Part shown: positions 26,449-34,767 of the stretch, piece by piece
How the letters are laid out: every line of letters starts with the position of its first letter
Numbering within the stretch: the first letter of the stretch is position 1
Source of the DNA: a virus
Virus record (IMG/VR): IMGVR_UViG_3300033150_002070
Location: 7,721-71,720 of that record
Reading direction: 5' to 3' (one strand)
Length of the DNA: 64,000 nucleotides
Program-made: the position numbers and the translations under genes
The notes under the pieces: generated by a model
The model's database searches: none
What the model was told of the DNA's origin: nothing
What the model saw: the letters and a program-made list of their open reading frames with translations, nothing else

Positions 26449-26585
26449 GCCCTGGATGCCGAGGGGGATTACATCCGCATGGGACGGCGTGGTTACAGGT
26501 TCGAGTCCTGTCGTCCAGCCCTAGTGGCTGGATGTAGCTCAATCGGCAGAGCACGATAGTAAATCTCTCTCACTATTGCCAGGGC
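26449..26585 (+). ncRNA. yrlA: YrlA-type Y RNA with circularly permuted tRNA-like domain
   Basis: Terminal stem GCCCUGG/CCAGGGC; GAGGGGGAUU/AAUCUCUCUC; T arm ACAGG-UUCGAGU-CCUGU; closed acceptor CGUCCAGCC/GGCUGGAUG; UA then D arm GCUC-AAUCGGCA-GAGC; 5 nt after the Ro60 stop. Confidence 0.88.
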
Positions 26586-26594
26586 AAAGGAAGT

Positions 26595-26663
26595 CAAGGC
26601 CCAGATGCCGGTTGGGGTTACATCCTGGTTGCGGATTACCTCACCACTTCTTGCTGAGCCTTG
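26595..26663 (+). ncRNA. Second, minimal Y RNA-like gene
   Basis: CAAGGCCCAG-AUGCC-GGUUGGGGUUACAUCC...UUG-CUGAGCCUUG: same 5' motif and 3' UUGC as the YrlA copy, ends base-pair. Confidence 0.72.
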
Positions 26664-26674
26664 TAAGATTCAGC

Positions 26675-26752
26675 AGGCCCAGATGCTGGTTGGGACTACA
26701 TCACAGTGACTAGCAGTTACTGACGGATGTCTCAACCGATTTTGCTGGGCCT
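26675..26752 (+). ncRNA. Third Y RNA-like gene
   Basis: AGGCCCAG-AUGCU-GGUUGGGAC-UACAUC...GUCUCAACC-GAUUUUG-CUGGGCCU; homologous stem, different apical hairpin. Confidence 0.72.
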
Positions 26753-26761
26753 TATAAGTTT

Positions 26762-26841
26762 GGCTCCGGCGGAGGGGTTCCTTCCTCCTTCCGGTCATAT
26801 AAGGAGCTGAAAAGCAGGCCAAGCACCTCTTCGCCGGAGCC
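26762..26841 (+). ncRNA. Structured element (long closing stem, CU-rich anti-SD tract)
   Basis: GGCUCCGGCG/CGCCGGAGCC perfect 10 bp extended by GAGGGGU/ACCUCUU; internal CUUCCUCCUU, AAGGAG and GCU-GAAA-AGC. Confidence 0.5.
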
Positions 26842-26862
26842 TTATTAGAACGGAGGTCTGCG

Positions 26863-27681
26863 ATGGAGCTAACTGCAACTCAGGTCAACGACTTTCTTAC
26901 ATGCCCGCGGATGTACTGGTATGCGCATGTTCTTGAGCTACCGCTTGAGTATGCACGTCCTGAGATGGTGGTTGGGAAGGCGATCCATGCCGCGATAGCC
27001 TCAGTGCATGACGATTTTGAAAAAAGCGCGGATCAGTCGGATCTTATTCAAAGCGGCATTGATACATACTTTAAAAGCATCGAGAGTCAGCTTAGCGAAC
27101 ATCCTGAGTTTGGCCTTGATATTTTCGACCTCAAGCCTTTTGAACCTAAAGCTCTCTCCATGATAACCTCGTATCTTCAGGACGGGCGCAACTTCCAGGC
27201 TCCGGAGGTTTTGACCGAAGTTCACTTTGAGTTTGAGATTGACGGTCTTAAGCTCAGGGGTTACATAGACCAGCTTAGATTTCACCCAAGTCGAGTTGAT
27301 CTAGTTGAGATTAAGACTGGTAAGTTTCCTCCGTCTGATGCTTTCCTTGCGATGAGCCCTCAGTTTTCGATCTACCGTCTTGCTGTGGAACGCTCGCCGG
27401 AAATCAAGGAAATGGTTGGTGATCGTAAGATCGCTATCTTCCACTTACAGCTTCAGGACTACCTGAAGCGCCGCGGGGGCGATGTGTACTACCCAGTCTT
27501 CCGGGACAAAATGTCTCTTAAGAGTGCGGTAAATGAGTTGATGGTGATCAAGGAATCTATCGAGCATAATCTATTTCCGAGGAGAGTGCTGTCGTTTTCA
27601 TCGTGCAAGGGCTTTTGTAGATACGTCGACAGGTGTTTGAGTGAGTTTGGGGGCATTGGCCGGGTACCAAGTATCTTTTAG
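26863..27681 (+). CDS. PD-(D/E)XK (RecB-like) exonuclease
   Basis: 'TQVNDFLTCPRMYW', 'GKAIHAAI', 'TEVHF', 'LRGYIDQL...LVEIKTG', 'QFSIY', C-terminal Cys cluster. Confidence 0.85.
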   Translation: MELTATQVNDFLTCPRMYWYAHVLELPLEYARPEMVVGKAIHAAIASVHDDFEKSADQSDLIQSGIDTYFKSIESQLSEHPEFGLDIFDLKPFEPKALSMITSYLQDGRNFQAPEVLTEVHFEFEIDGLKLRGYIDQLRFHPSRVDLVEIKTGKFPPSDAFLAMSPQFSIYRLAVERSPEIKEMVGDRKIAIFHLQLQDYLKRRGGDVYYPVFRDKMSLKSAVNELMVIKESIEHNLFPRRVLSFSSCKGFCRYVDRCLSEFGGIGRVPSIF

Positions 27682-27700
27682 AAAAAAAAAGGAGGTCTGT

Positions 27701-28402
27701 ATGGCTGAGCTTGAGTTTTACTCACCTGGTGAGAATGAGTGGAAGTCGGTTCTCTTGTATGGGCAGCCGAGAACCGGCAAGACTGTTTGCGCTTCAACTG
27801 CCCCGAGGCCGCTTTTTCTTGACTGCGAAGGCGGTCTTCTGTCTATCAAAGACAGGGACGTTAAGGCTGTGAGAATCAGGTCTATCGCTGATCTTGAGGC
27901 GGCCTACACCTGGCTTGAAAAGCACGGTAAAGATGAGAAGCGTGAGTTTGACACTGTGGTAATTGACTCAATTACCGAGCTTCAGGTAATCTTAGTTGAG
28001 GACCTTACTAAGAAGCAGGGGGCTCAAACTCCCGACATACGCACCTGGGGACTTGTCTTTACCAAGATGCGTTCGATTACCAAGGCGTTCAGGGAGCTTC
28101 CGTACCATCTTGTTTTTACTGCTCTTGAAAGAACCTTCCGCGATGAGATTACCGGCAAGGTGTACTTCGGGCCTGATCTTCTTGGTCAGAGTGCCGACAA
28201 GGTTCCAGCTTATTTTGACTTCATCTTCCGAACAGTTACTAAGCCTGTAACGGATTCCAAGGGTCTCAAAACCGGTGAAGTTTCATACCGGCTTATCACA
28301 CGTGGAACCGACTCGTACTTTGCGGGCGGGCGTAGTCCTGTCCTTGAGATCGAGGAGGAGCCTGATCTTACTAAGATTTTTGAGAAAGTGGGGGCGGTGT
28401 GA
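27701..28402 (+). CDS. AAA_24/Sak4-like ATPase (single-strand annealing)
   Basis: 'LLYGQPRTGKT', 'LFLDCEGG', 'DTVVIDSITEL'; start MAELEF after AGGAGG. Confidence 0.85.
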   Translation: MAELEFYSPGENEWKSVLLYGQPRTGKTVCASTAPRPLFLDCEGGLLSIKDRDVKAVRIRSIADLEAAYTWLEKHGKDEKREFDTVVIDSITELQVILVEDLTKKQGAQTPDIRTWGLVFTKMRSITKAFRELPYHLVFTALERTFRDEITGKVYFGPDLLGQSADKVPAYFDFIFRTVTKPVTDSKGLKTGEVSYRLITRGTDSYFAGGRSPVLEIEEEPDLTKIFEKVGAV

Positions 28403-28626
28403 TGTTCAGGATAGTTGTATGTTTCAAGGATCAGGTTATAAGTCCATGGGCAGGTGGTAAGATGAGAGTGCTTGCTGTGAAATCCGAGTCGAGGCCGGTT
28501 CTCACACTTCGCGGTGAGTACTTCGCGGTGAATGTAAGCAGATCAACTGTCGGTGATAAGGTAGATGGGCAGTTGTATCTTTCGAGGGATGCGGTAGCGT
28601 ACCTGTACGTAGAGAAGGAGGCTTAG
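28399..28626 (+). CDS. Hypothetical protein
   Basis: Coupled 75 aa ORF. Confidence 0.5.
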   Translation: MMFRIVVCFKDQVISPWAGGKMRVLAVKSESRPVLTLRGEYFAVNVSRSTVGDKVDGQLYLSRDAVAYLYVEKEA

Positions 28627-28851
28627 ATGGAAAGGCGTATTTTAATCGGCGAGAAAGGGGGTGAGGTGATCTTTGAAGTCGAGCCGTCTTCAATTGACGA
28701 GCTTTCGGAGCTTCTGGTAGAGCTTTTCAAAGCTCACCCGGATGCGTTCGATGCTCTATCGGCGGTAGTTAGGATAGCTGAGGTTAAGATTGAGCTTGAA
28801 CTAAGGAGGTCTGAGTATGGCAAGGTTTACCATTCCGAAGGACTTGGATGA
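28627..28851 (+). CDS. Hypothetical protein
   Basis: AAGGAGG SD, 74 aa. Confidence 0.55.
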   Translation: MERRILIGEKGGEVIFEVEPSSIDELSELLVELFKAHPDAFDALSAVVRIAEVKIELELRRSEYGKVYHSEGLG

Positions 28852-29212
28852 TGTTGAGGAGTTTCCGGTTGTAAAGCCGGGTGTGTATAATGCGGCCATC
28901 AGGAAGGCTGAGGTTCGGCCTTCGCAGGATGGAACAAGCGACAATCTGTGGCTCCACTGGATTATTGAGGATGGGGACGAGGAGGAGATTGGTAAGCCTG
29001 CGATCCAGATTATATCGCTTAAGGAGCAGGCCCTCTTTCGTCTCAAGCAGGTGATGGTAGCGCTTGATATGGAGGCGTCTGGAACCGAGTTTGACACTGA
29101 TGATTTTCTTGATCGTCGAGCTCAGATTTCGGTGTCGCACCGCGAGTGGCAGGGCCAGACGCGCCAGGACATCAAGGTCTTAGGACCGCCGACTGATGGG
29201 ATTAAATTCTAA
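28817..29212 (+). CDS. DUF669-type ssDNA-binding protein
   Basis: 'FPVVKPGVYNAAI..AE...S..G', 'ALFRLKQ', 'EWQGQTR'; standard position after Sak4. Confidence 0.78.
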   Translation: MARFTIPKDLDDVEEFPVVKPGVYNAAIRKAEVRPSQDGTSDNLWLHWIIEDGDEEEIGKPAIQIISLKEQALFRLKQVMVALDMEASGTEFDTDDFLDRRAQISVSHREWQGQTRQDIKVLGPPTDGIKF

Positions 29213-29224
29213 GAGGAGGTTGGT

Positions 29225-29440
29225 ATGGCAACTGTTCCCGATGCAAGTTCCAAGCCGACTCTGAGTGGTGTAGTAAACGAGCTTGAGGCTATCACTGACT
29301 CGATCTTTCAGAAGCTTGAGCTTGTGGAGGACTCGAAGGAAGTTCCTAAAGCGGGTTCCAAGCTTGAGGTTGAGATACAGCGGGTCGAGTTAGTAGTTGA
29401 GAAGCTTCAGCGAGTAGGGAGAGTTCTTGAACTGCTTTAA
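29225..29440 (+). CDS. Hypothetical coiled-coil protein
   Basis: GGAGGT SD, 71 aa. Confidence 0.55.
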   Translation: MATVPDASSKPTLSGVVNELEAITDSIFQKLELVEDSKEVPKAGSKLEVEIQRVELVVEKLQRVGRVLELL

Positions 29441-29551
29441 TTTCCTGCAGAACGGCTTGAGTGTTGGTCGCGGGTTTAAACAGCGTGTGGTGCAGTCGTT
29501 CTGCTGGACAGGGCGGGTGGGGCTTGGTCCCCACCTGCCCGGGAGGTTGAT

Positions 29552-29779
29552 ATGCCAGGAGTTCCGTTTTTCTCGATAGGCAGTGGTGAGCTTGCTGATC
29601 TTCCTGAGATACCCGATGAGGTTACTTGCAAATGCGGCGCTCGATGCAGGGTTAAGTTTTCTGAGGGGAAGGCGGTAAAACTCGGATTTATTGACTGTAA
29701 AAGTTGCGGAGCGACGTATCTTGTGAGTATCAACGGGAAGGATCTCACGAGGTATTACAGGGATACGGGGCGGTGGTAA
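29552..29779 (+). CDS. Zn-ribbon protein
   Basis: CKCG...CKSCG; GGAGGT SD. Confidence 0.6.
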   Translation: MPGVPFFSIGSGELADLPEIPDEVTCKCGARCRVKFSEGKAVKLGFIDCKSCGATYLVSINGKDLTRYYRDTGRW

Positions 29780-29814
29780 GAAACGGTCGAACGTCTTGGG
29801 AGAGAGGGAGGTTA

Positions 29815-30145
29815 AGAGAAGGAAGTGACACGCCTGTCACCAGATATAATTTTCACTCTTAAGTTATTGTGGGACAGCAGTTTGGGAAGAAGGAAGTGAC
29901 ACGTCTGTCACTATTCACAAGTGGTGACACGGTACCCGTACGAAACAGAAAAAAAAAATACTAGATGATATATCAAACTAGAAAATACTAGCTAGAAAAT
30001 ACTATAAAGTACTAGCTGCTAACCCCGATAAAAAAATAATAAAATATATAAATACCAGAAAATACTAGATAATAAAATATATATAAATACTAGAAAATAC
30101 TAGAAAATACTAGATTATATATTAATAGCAATTTTCATGCCAGAA
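29815..30145. repeat. Candidate replication origin: GTGACA-N4-TGTCAC palindromes plus AT-rich AAATACTAG repeats
   Basis: AGGAAGTGACACG(C/T)CTGTCAC at about 29820 and 29891, half-site at about 29924; several AAATACTAG-like units 29956-30113. Confidence 0.65.
30127..30142 (-). promoter_or_regulatory. Sigma54-like site
   Basis: Minus strand TGGCATGAAAATTGCT, nearly identical to the site at 12200. Confidence 0.5.
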
Positions 30146-30228
30146 TGATTCAGAATGGAGATTTTTATTCGATTCGGTTCGGCCTGGAGGAATTTTTGAG
30201 GAGATTCAGTTCGATCTGAACCCTATTT

Positions 30229-30803
30229 CAGATTTGGCCGAGAATGGCCCGAATTTCGATTCTAAGCAACGTTTTTTCTTTCCATGGGTCCTAACCATGT
30301 GGAAAGGAGAAATGGCTGAGAATGGCTCAAATTTCAATTCTGAGCAACGATAACATATAGGTTCAAAAGATAAAAATTGGGGACAATTTTTCCTGGGGCA
30401 TTGAAAGGATGCTTGAGCTAACCAGAAAAAAAAGGAGGGATCTGATGGATGAAGCAAGGATTGAGAAGCTGTGTCGTGAGGCTCCGGAGGAGGTTCGCAC
30501 GGAGGTGGCTGATTATCTGGAGAATCTTCTTGAAAGCCAAGCTGGGGAAGAGTCGATTTGATCGTGCTTGACTTCCAGATTTATAAGAGGCCGCGTGCGA
30601 TGGTTGAGGGATGGGTGAAGATGCTGAGGGCTGATTGAGGATGTTTTTTCGAAATCTTCTCAGATTTGGCCGATAAGGCCCCAAATTTCGCTTCTGAGCG
30701 ATGTTTTTCATTTCCATGAGTGAAACATCGTGGAAAGGCTAAAATGGCCATTAAGGCCCCAAATTTCAATTCTAAGCGATGTTTACATATAGGTTCAGAA
30801 AGA
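30229..30803. repeat. Pair of about 140-bp imperfect direct repeats, each with two subunits
   Basis: CAGATTTGGCCGA...AATTTCG.TTCT.AGC...TTTCCATG...TGGAAAGG...AAATTTCAATTCT.AGC...ACATATAGGTTCA at about 30229-30369 and 30661-30802. Confidence 0.75.
30445..30561 (+). CDS. 38-aa peptide (DUF2281-like) between the direct repeats
   Basis: AAGGAGG SD; MDEARIEKLCREAPEEVRTEVADYLENLL... Confidence 0.5.
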   Translation: MDEARIEKLCREAPEEVRTEVADYLENLLESQAGEESI

Positions 30804-30825
30804 GACAGGAAAGGAAAGAACTGCA

Positions 30826-32385
30826 ATGCTTGAGCTCAACAGAAAAACAGGCCGTGTGATACTTGACAGGCCCTACTTCGTGAACGAGGGCGTCTACCGC
30901 TCTAAGCGTGATGGCCGAACAGAAGTTCTTCCAAATCTCGACATTCTTCTCGGCCTTATAAAACGTGGAGCTAAGCCTTCAAGCGAGGTAACGTCGCTTA
31001 TCAAAATTGAGCTTGCGCTTCCGAAGAAGGCGGCCTCCCTTGAGGAGTATGCCGAAATGGTCTTAAGGTCATCTGGACTGAAACCCTACCGCCATCAGGT
31101 TAAGTCCTTGGCCTTCGCCCTTGCGGCAGAAAAGTGCGGTCTTTTCCTTGAGATGGGGCTTGGAAAGACTCTGGTTGCATTGGGCTTCGTGAAGGCTCTC
31201 CTTGATGAGGAAAGGATCGAAGGGGCTCTTATTGTGGCTCCACTTTCAGTAATCCCGTTCTGGGTGAAGGAGGCTAAGCGGTTTGGCATTGAGCTTACAG
31301 TGCTTCACGGCCCAAAGGCCAAGCGCCAGGCTAAGTGGAACGGTCAAGGCAGCTATGTGATAAACTACGAGGGTCTGAGAGTGATGGGCTGGAAGCCTGA
31401 CTCTTTCAAACGCTTTGCTGTGGTTCTCGACGAATCTGAGAAGATCAAGACTCCCAAAGCTCAAGTTACGAGACTTTCCTGGAAGCTTTTCAAATACACT
31501 CCATACAAGCTTATCCTGAACGGCATTCCGTTTACCGAGTCTCCGCTTGAGATATATTCGCAGTTTCGGTTTCTCGATCCGGCCTTCCTTGGATTTACAA
31601 CTTATTCCAACTTCAAGAAGCGCTATGCTGTTTTCGGCGGCTATATGAACTACGAAGTAGTTAGCTACCAGAATATCGGCGAGCTTGCTTCACGGGTTAG
31701 AAGGCGCTCTGTATCTTACCAGCGCAAGGACTGCATTGACCTTCCGCCAAAGGTTTACGAGGTAAGATATGTCGAGCTTCCAGAAAAACTCAGGAAGCTC
31801 TACGATGAGATGGAGAAAAACTACGTGATTGAGCTTCGTAAGAACAAGATTACTGCTTTCAACGTGCTTTCCAAGCTCACTAAGCTCGCCGAGCTTACAA
31901 GCGGCTTTGTGATTTCAAGCGACAAAGCTCAGCGGATTGTAAGCTCTCCCAAACTTGATGAGCTTACCTCAATCCTTCCAAGCCTTGGCAAGGTCATAGT
32001 CTGGTGCAGGTTTCGTGAGGAGCTTGCTGAGTTAAGGCGGGCTGTTAGAGGCTGTCGGACAATGGACGGCTCAACAAGTTCAGAGGAACGTAAGCGAATT
32101 CTTGAGTGGTTTGATTCGGTCGAGAAAGGTGTTCTTGGGATCGAGATAAACGTTGGCAAGTATGGTCTTAACCTTCAGTCGGCTTCAACTGCTGTGTATC
32201 TATCAAGTTCGTTCTCACTTTCCACAAGGCTTCAGACAGAAGACCGTATTTACAGGATTGGATCAAACGGGGCGCTTATCATTGATATTCTCGCCAAAGA
32301 TACAGTCGACGAAGTGATATACGAGGCGCTGAAGCGTAAGGCTGATGTAAAGCAGGCCTTCATTGAGTATCTCAGGGCAAGATAG
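30826..32385 (+). CDS. SNF2-family helicase/ATPase
   Basis: 'LEMGLGKT', 'VINYEGL', 'VVLDESEKIK', 'LNGIP', 'YGLNLQ', 'QTEDRIYRIG'. Confidence 0.9.
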   Translation: MLELNRKTGRVILDRPYFVNEGVYRSKRDGRTEVLPNLDILLGLIKRGAKPSSEVTSLIKIELALPKKAASLEEYAEMVLRSSGLKPYRHQVKSLAFALAAEKCGLFLEMGLGKTLVALGFVKALLDEERIEGALIVAPLSVIPFWVKEAKRFGIELTVLHGPKAKRQAKWNGQGSYVINYEGLRVMGWKPDSFKRFAVVLDESEKIKTPKAQVTRLSWKLFKYTPYKLILNGIPFTESPLEIYSQFRFLDPAFLGFTTYSNFKKRYAVFGGYMNYEVVSYQNIGELASRVRRRSVSYQRKDCIDLPPKVYEVRYVELPEKLRKLYDEMEKNYVIELRKNKITAFNVLSKLTKLAELTSGFVISSDKAQRIVSSPKLDELTSILPSLGKVIVWCRFREELAELRRAVRGCRTMDGSTSSEERKRILEWFDSVEKGVLGIEINVGKYGLNLQSASTAVYLSSSFSLSTRLQTEDRIYRIGSNGALIIDILAKDTVDEVIYEALKRKADVKQAFIEYLRAR

Positions 32386-32396
32386 GAGGAGTGTGT

Positions 32397-32624
32397 ATGA
32401 GCAGGCCAAAGCAGGTCAAATTCATTATCTTCCACTGCGATGCGTGCCCTTACTGCAAGTGGGATCAGTCCCTTGGGGAGCCTAAACACGCTGGGCTTGA
32501 CTGCACGCATCCCAAAGTGGTACGCCGGCGGATTGTGTCGGCTCTTGATCGCCAGACGTTTACTGATATCCCTGAATGGTGCCCACTTGAGGATGTGTTG
32601 ATGGACGATCTAACGGAGGGATAA
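32397..32624 (+). CDS. Small Cys-rich protein
   Basis: CDACPYC...C...IPEWCPL motif. Confidence 0.6.
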   Translation: MSRPKQVKFIIFHCDACPYCKWDQSLGEPKHAGLDCTHPKVVRRRIVSALDRQTFTDIPEWCPLEDVLMDDLTEG

Positions 32625-32628
32625 GAAA

Positions 32629-32883
32629 ATGGATGAAGGAATTGCTGTTGCTGAGTACTACAGCGATAAGGACAATCCGAAGTTCAAGATTGAGAGAAAC
32701 CCGATGCGCTGTGCTCACTGCAGGAGGGAGGTTAAGCTGATTCACGGTGCTGTTAATCCAGAGGCGTTTCCAATCGAAGTAAGGATGGGCGACGGTAAAT
32801 TCAGTGGGGTTCTCTGCGAGGAGTGTATGAAAGAGTTTCAGGAGCTGTTTATAAAGTTCTTCTTTGCAGAGGGTGAGGTATGA
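32629..32883 (+). CDS. Small Zn-finger protein
   Basis: CAHC...LCEEC. Confidence 0.6.
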   Translation: MDEGIAVAEYYSDKDNPKFKIERNPMRCAHCRREVKLIHGAVNPEAFPIEVRMGDGKFSGVLCEECMKEFQELFIKFFFAEGEV

Positions 32884-34361
32884 GGCGGAAGCTAGGTGAA
32901 TACATATTCGAAGTTGAACCGGTAAGAAAGGGGCGTGAATGGCGGACTCAGATCAAGGTCTTCGAGGGTGATCGGATAGTCTTCCAGGATCAGAGCAACC
33001 TCGCCGCTTCCAAGTCCAGGGTAACTTTCATCAACTCGTTCAGCAGGGCCATCGGAGCTCATATTCCTAGAGACTCGATGGAAGACTTTCTTCTCAAAAT
33101 CCAGGCTGAAATCGAGGAGAACGTGAGGCGGCTTGAGGAGGCTAAAGACGAGCCGGAGGAGATCGAGGACATCGGCCAGGTCTCTGAGAAGGATGTTGAA
33201 GACCTATATAACAACCCACATATTCTCAAGGAGTTTATTGAAGTCACTTCAAGGCTTGGAATAGCTGGTGAGGAAACCCTAAGGCTTCTTGTGTTTTTTG
33301 TCTTTTCATCGAGGATACTTGATAAGCCTGTTTCACTTATCGTCAAGGGTGAGTCCTCAAGCGGTAAGAGCTATGTGTGTCAAAACATTATGCGGCTCAT
33401 GCCTCCAGAGGCTTACTTCTACATTACACGGGCATCGTCTATGGCACTGTATCACCTTGAGGAAGACGCTCTGGTTCACAAGATACTTTATGTGAACGAG
33501 ATGGCTGGAGTAAATGAGAAGCTTGATTATTCGATCAGGTCTTATCAGTCTGAGAACGAGCTTATATCGCTTGTTACTATTCGTGATCCTGATTCAGGCG
33601 AATTCGTGGTTCGTGAGAAGCGGATAAGGGGGCCGATGGGCTTTCTGGTAACGACTACATCTGATACGATTCACCTTGAGAATGAGACGCGTAACTTTTC
33701 GGTCTATACTGATGAGACACCGCTTCAGACGGACAGGATAAAAGAAGTGGTGACACGTAGGGCACTAGGTGAGTTTCCCGAAGTTTCTAACGATGAGATA
33801 CAACTGTGGTGGGAGCTTCAGCGAAGGCTGAAACCCTATACCGTCGTGATACCTTACGCAAGGGAAGTGTTCCTGTCTTTTCCGTCTGGGCCTCTGAGGA
33901 TTAGAAGAGATTTGGAACATTTCCGGAATCTTATAGGAATAATTACATTGGTTCATCAGGCCAATAGAAGGAAGGAAAAACGTGGTGACAGGGAAGTCAT
34001 CATATCCACACCGGCCGATTACCATATAGCCAAGATGATTTCGCAAAATCTGCTCTCCGTGTCACTTTATGCGATGAACCCTAAATCGCTCCAGGTGCTT
34101 GTAACACACGATCAGTTGATAAGCGAGGGTAAACTAGTGACAGCGGAGACACTAGCTAAAAAACTGAACTGGAGACTCGATACGGTAAGAGTTGCACTGC
34201 TACCGCTTATCAGACATGGCTATATCGAGGAAGTTACTGAGGCTGGAGTAAGGCTCCTTGTTGGAGGCCTCAAGGGTCCAAGAGTTAACTTCCTCCCAAG
34301 CACTGAGGAGCTTATTGAAAAGTATGGATGCAAACCGGAACTCGTCTATGAGCCCTTCTAA
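32880..34361 (+). CDS. P-loop NTPase, probable replicative helicase (MCM/primase-associated type)
   Basis: 'GIAGEE', Walker A 'VKGESSSGKS', 'ILYVNE', 'ENETR', 'RIRRD', C-terminal wHTH. Confidence 0.72.
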   Translation: MRRKLGEYIFEVEPVRKGREWRTQIKVFEGDRIVFQDQSNLAASKSRVTFINSFSRAIGAHIPRDSMEDFLLKIQAEIEENVRRLEEAKDEPEEIEDIGQVSEKDVEDLYNNPHILKEFIEVTSRLGIAGEETLRLLVFFVFSSRILDKPVSLIVKGESSSGKSYVCQNIMRLMPPEAYFYITRASSMALYHLEEDALVHKILYVNEMAGVNEKLDYSIRSYQSENELISLVTIRDPDSGEFVVREKRIRGPMGFLVTTTSDTIHLENETRNFSVYTDETPLQTDRIKEVVTRRALGEFPEVSNDEIQLWWELQRRLKPYTVVIPYAREVFLSFPSGPLRIRRDLEHFRNLIGIITLVHQANRRKEKRGDREVIISTPADYHIAKMISQNLLSVSLYAMNPKSLQVLVTHDQLISEGKLVTAETLAKKLNWRLDTVRVALLPLIRHGYIEEVTEAGVRLLVGGLKGPRVNFLPSTEELIEKYGCKPELVYEPF

Positions 34362-34371
34362 GGAGGATGCT

Positions 34372-34767
34372 ATGAAACTTGAAGCAGTTGTCGCTGATTC
34401 GATCCCGGATTCAACTCGTGAACGCTTTACGGTGAAAGCACTTAAGGATGCGGCAAGGACGTTCACAGGCCCAATACCAGTATTCTTTGGAAGTGAAAGC
34501 GGCATTTATCCTTTTGGGAAGGCTGTTTCAGCCAAGTTTTCTCCTCGGGAAAAGGTTAAAGAGCTTGTGCTTGAGATTGAGTGCGATTCCGAAAGGGGCG
34601 AGCGTGCCTTGGCCCTGAGACTTAAACCCTATCTTCAGATGGTTGTATTCAACTCAGCATATGTTAAGGATGTCCGTGAGATTCGGAAGTTCCGCATCCA
34701 GGCAGTTGGCCTCGCACTTTCGGAGTACGTTGACAATAAAAGGCTTAGACTCAGGAGGGCAAGATGA
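34372..34767 (+). CDS. Hypothetical protein, possibly prohead-protease-like fold
   Basis: Start MKLEAV after AAGGAGG; 'DSTRERFTVKALKDA...PIPVFF...PFGKAV'. Confidence 0.5.
   Translation: MKLEAVVADSIPDSTRERFTVKALKDAARTFTGPIPVFFGSESGIYPFGKAVSAKFSPREKVKELVLEIECDSERGERALALRLKPYLQMVVFNSAYVKDVREIRKFRIQAVGLALSEYVDNKRLRLRRAR

Noticed and set aside
26490-26560. Canonical tRNA gene (GGTTCGAGTCC T-loop, TAGCTCAATCGGCAGAGC D-arm)
   Set aside because: Arms are in permuted order with no anticodon loop or CCA end; explained as the YrlA tRNA-like domain
26449-26752. Mini-CRISPR array next to a Cas4-like nuclease
   Set aside because: Units are self-pairing stems with degenerate repeats. The nuclease sits in the usual exonuclease-Sak4-SSB recombination trio
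24896-27681. Complete rtc RNA-repair operon
   Set aside because: No RtcB, RtcA or RtcR recognisable in the window, and the Ro60 promoter is sigma70-like rather than sigma54
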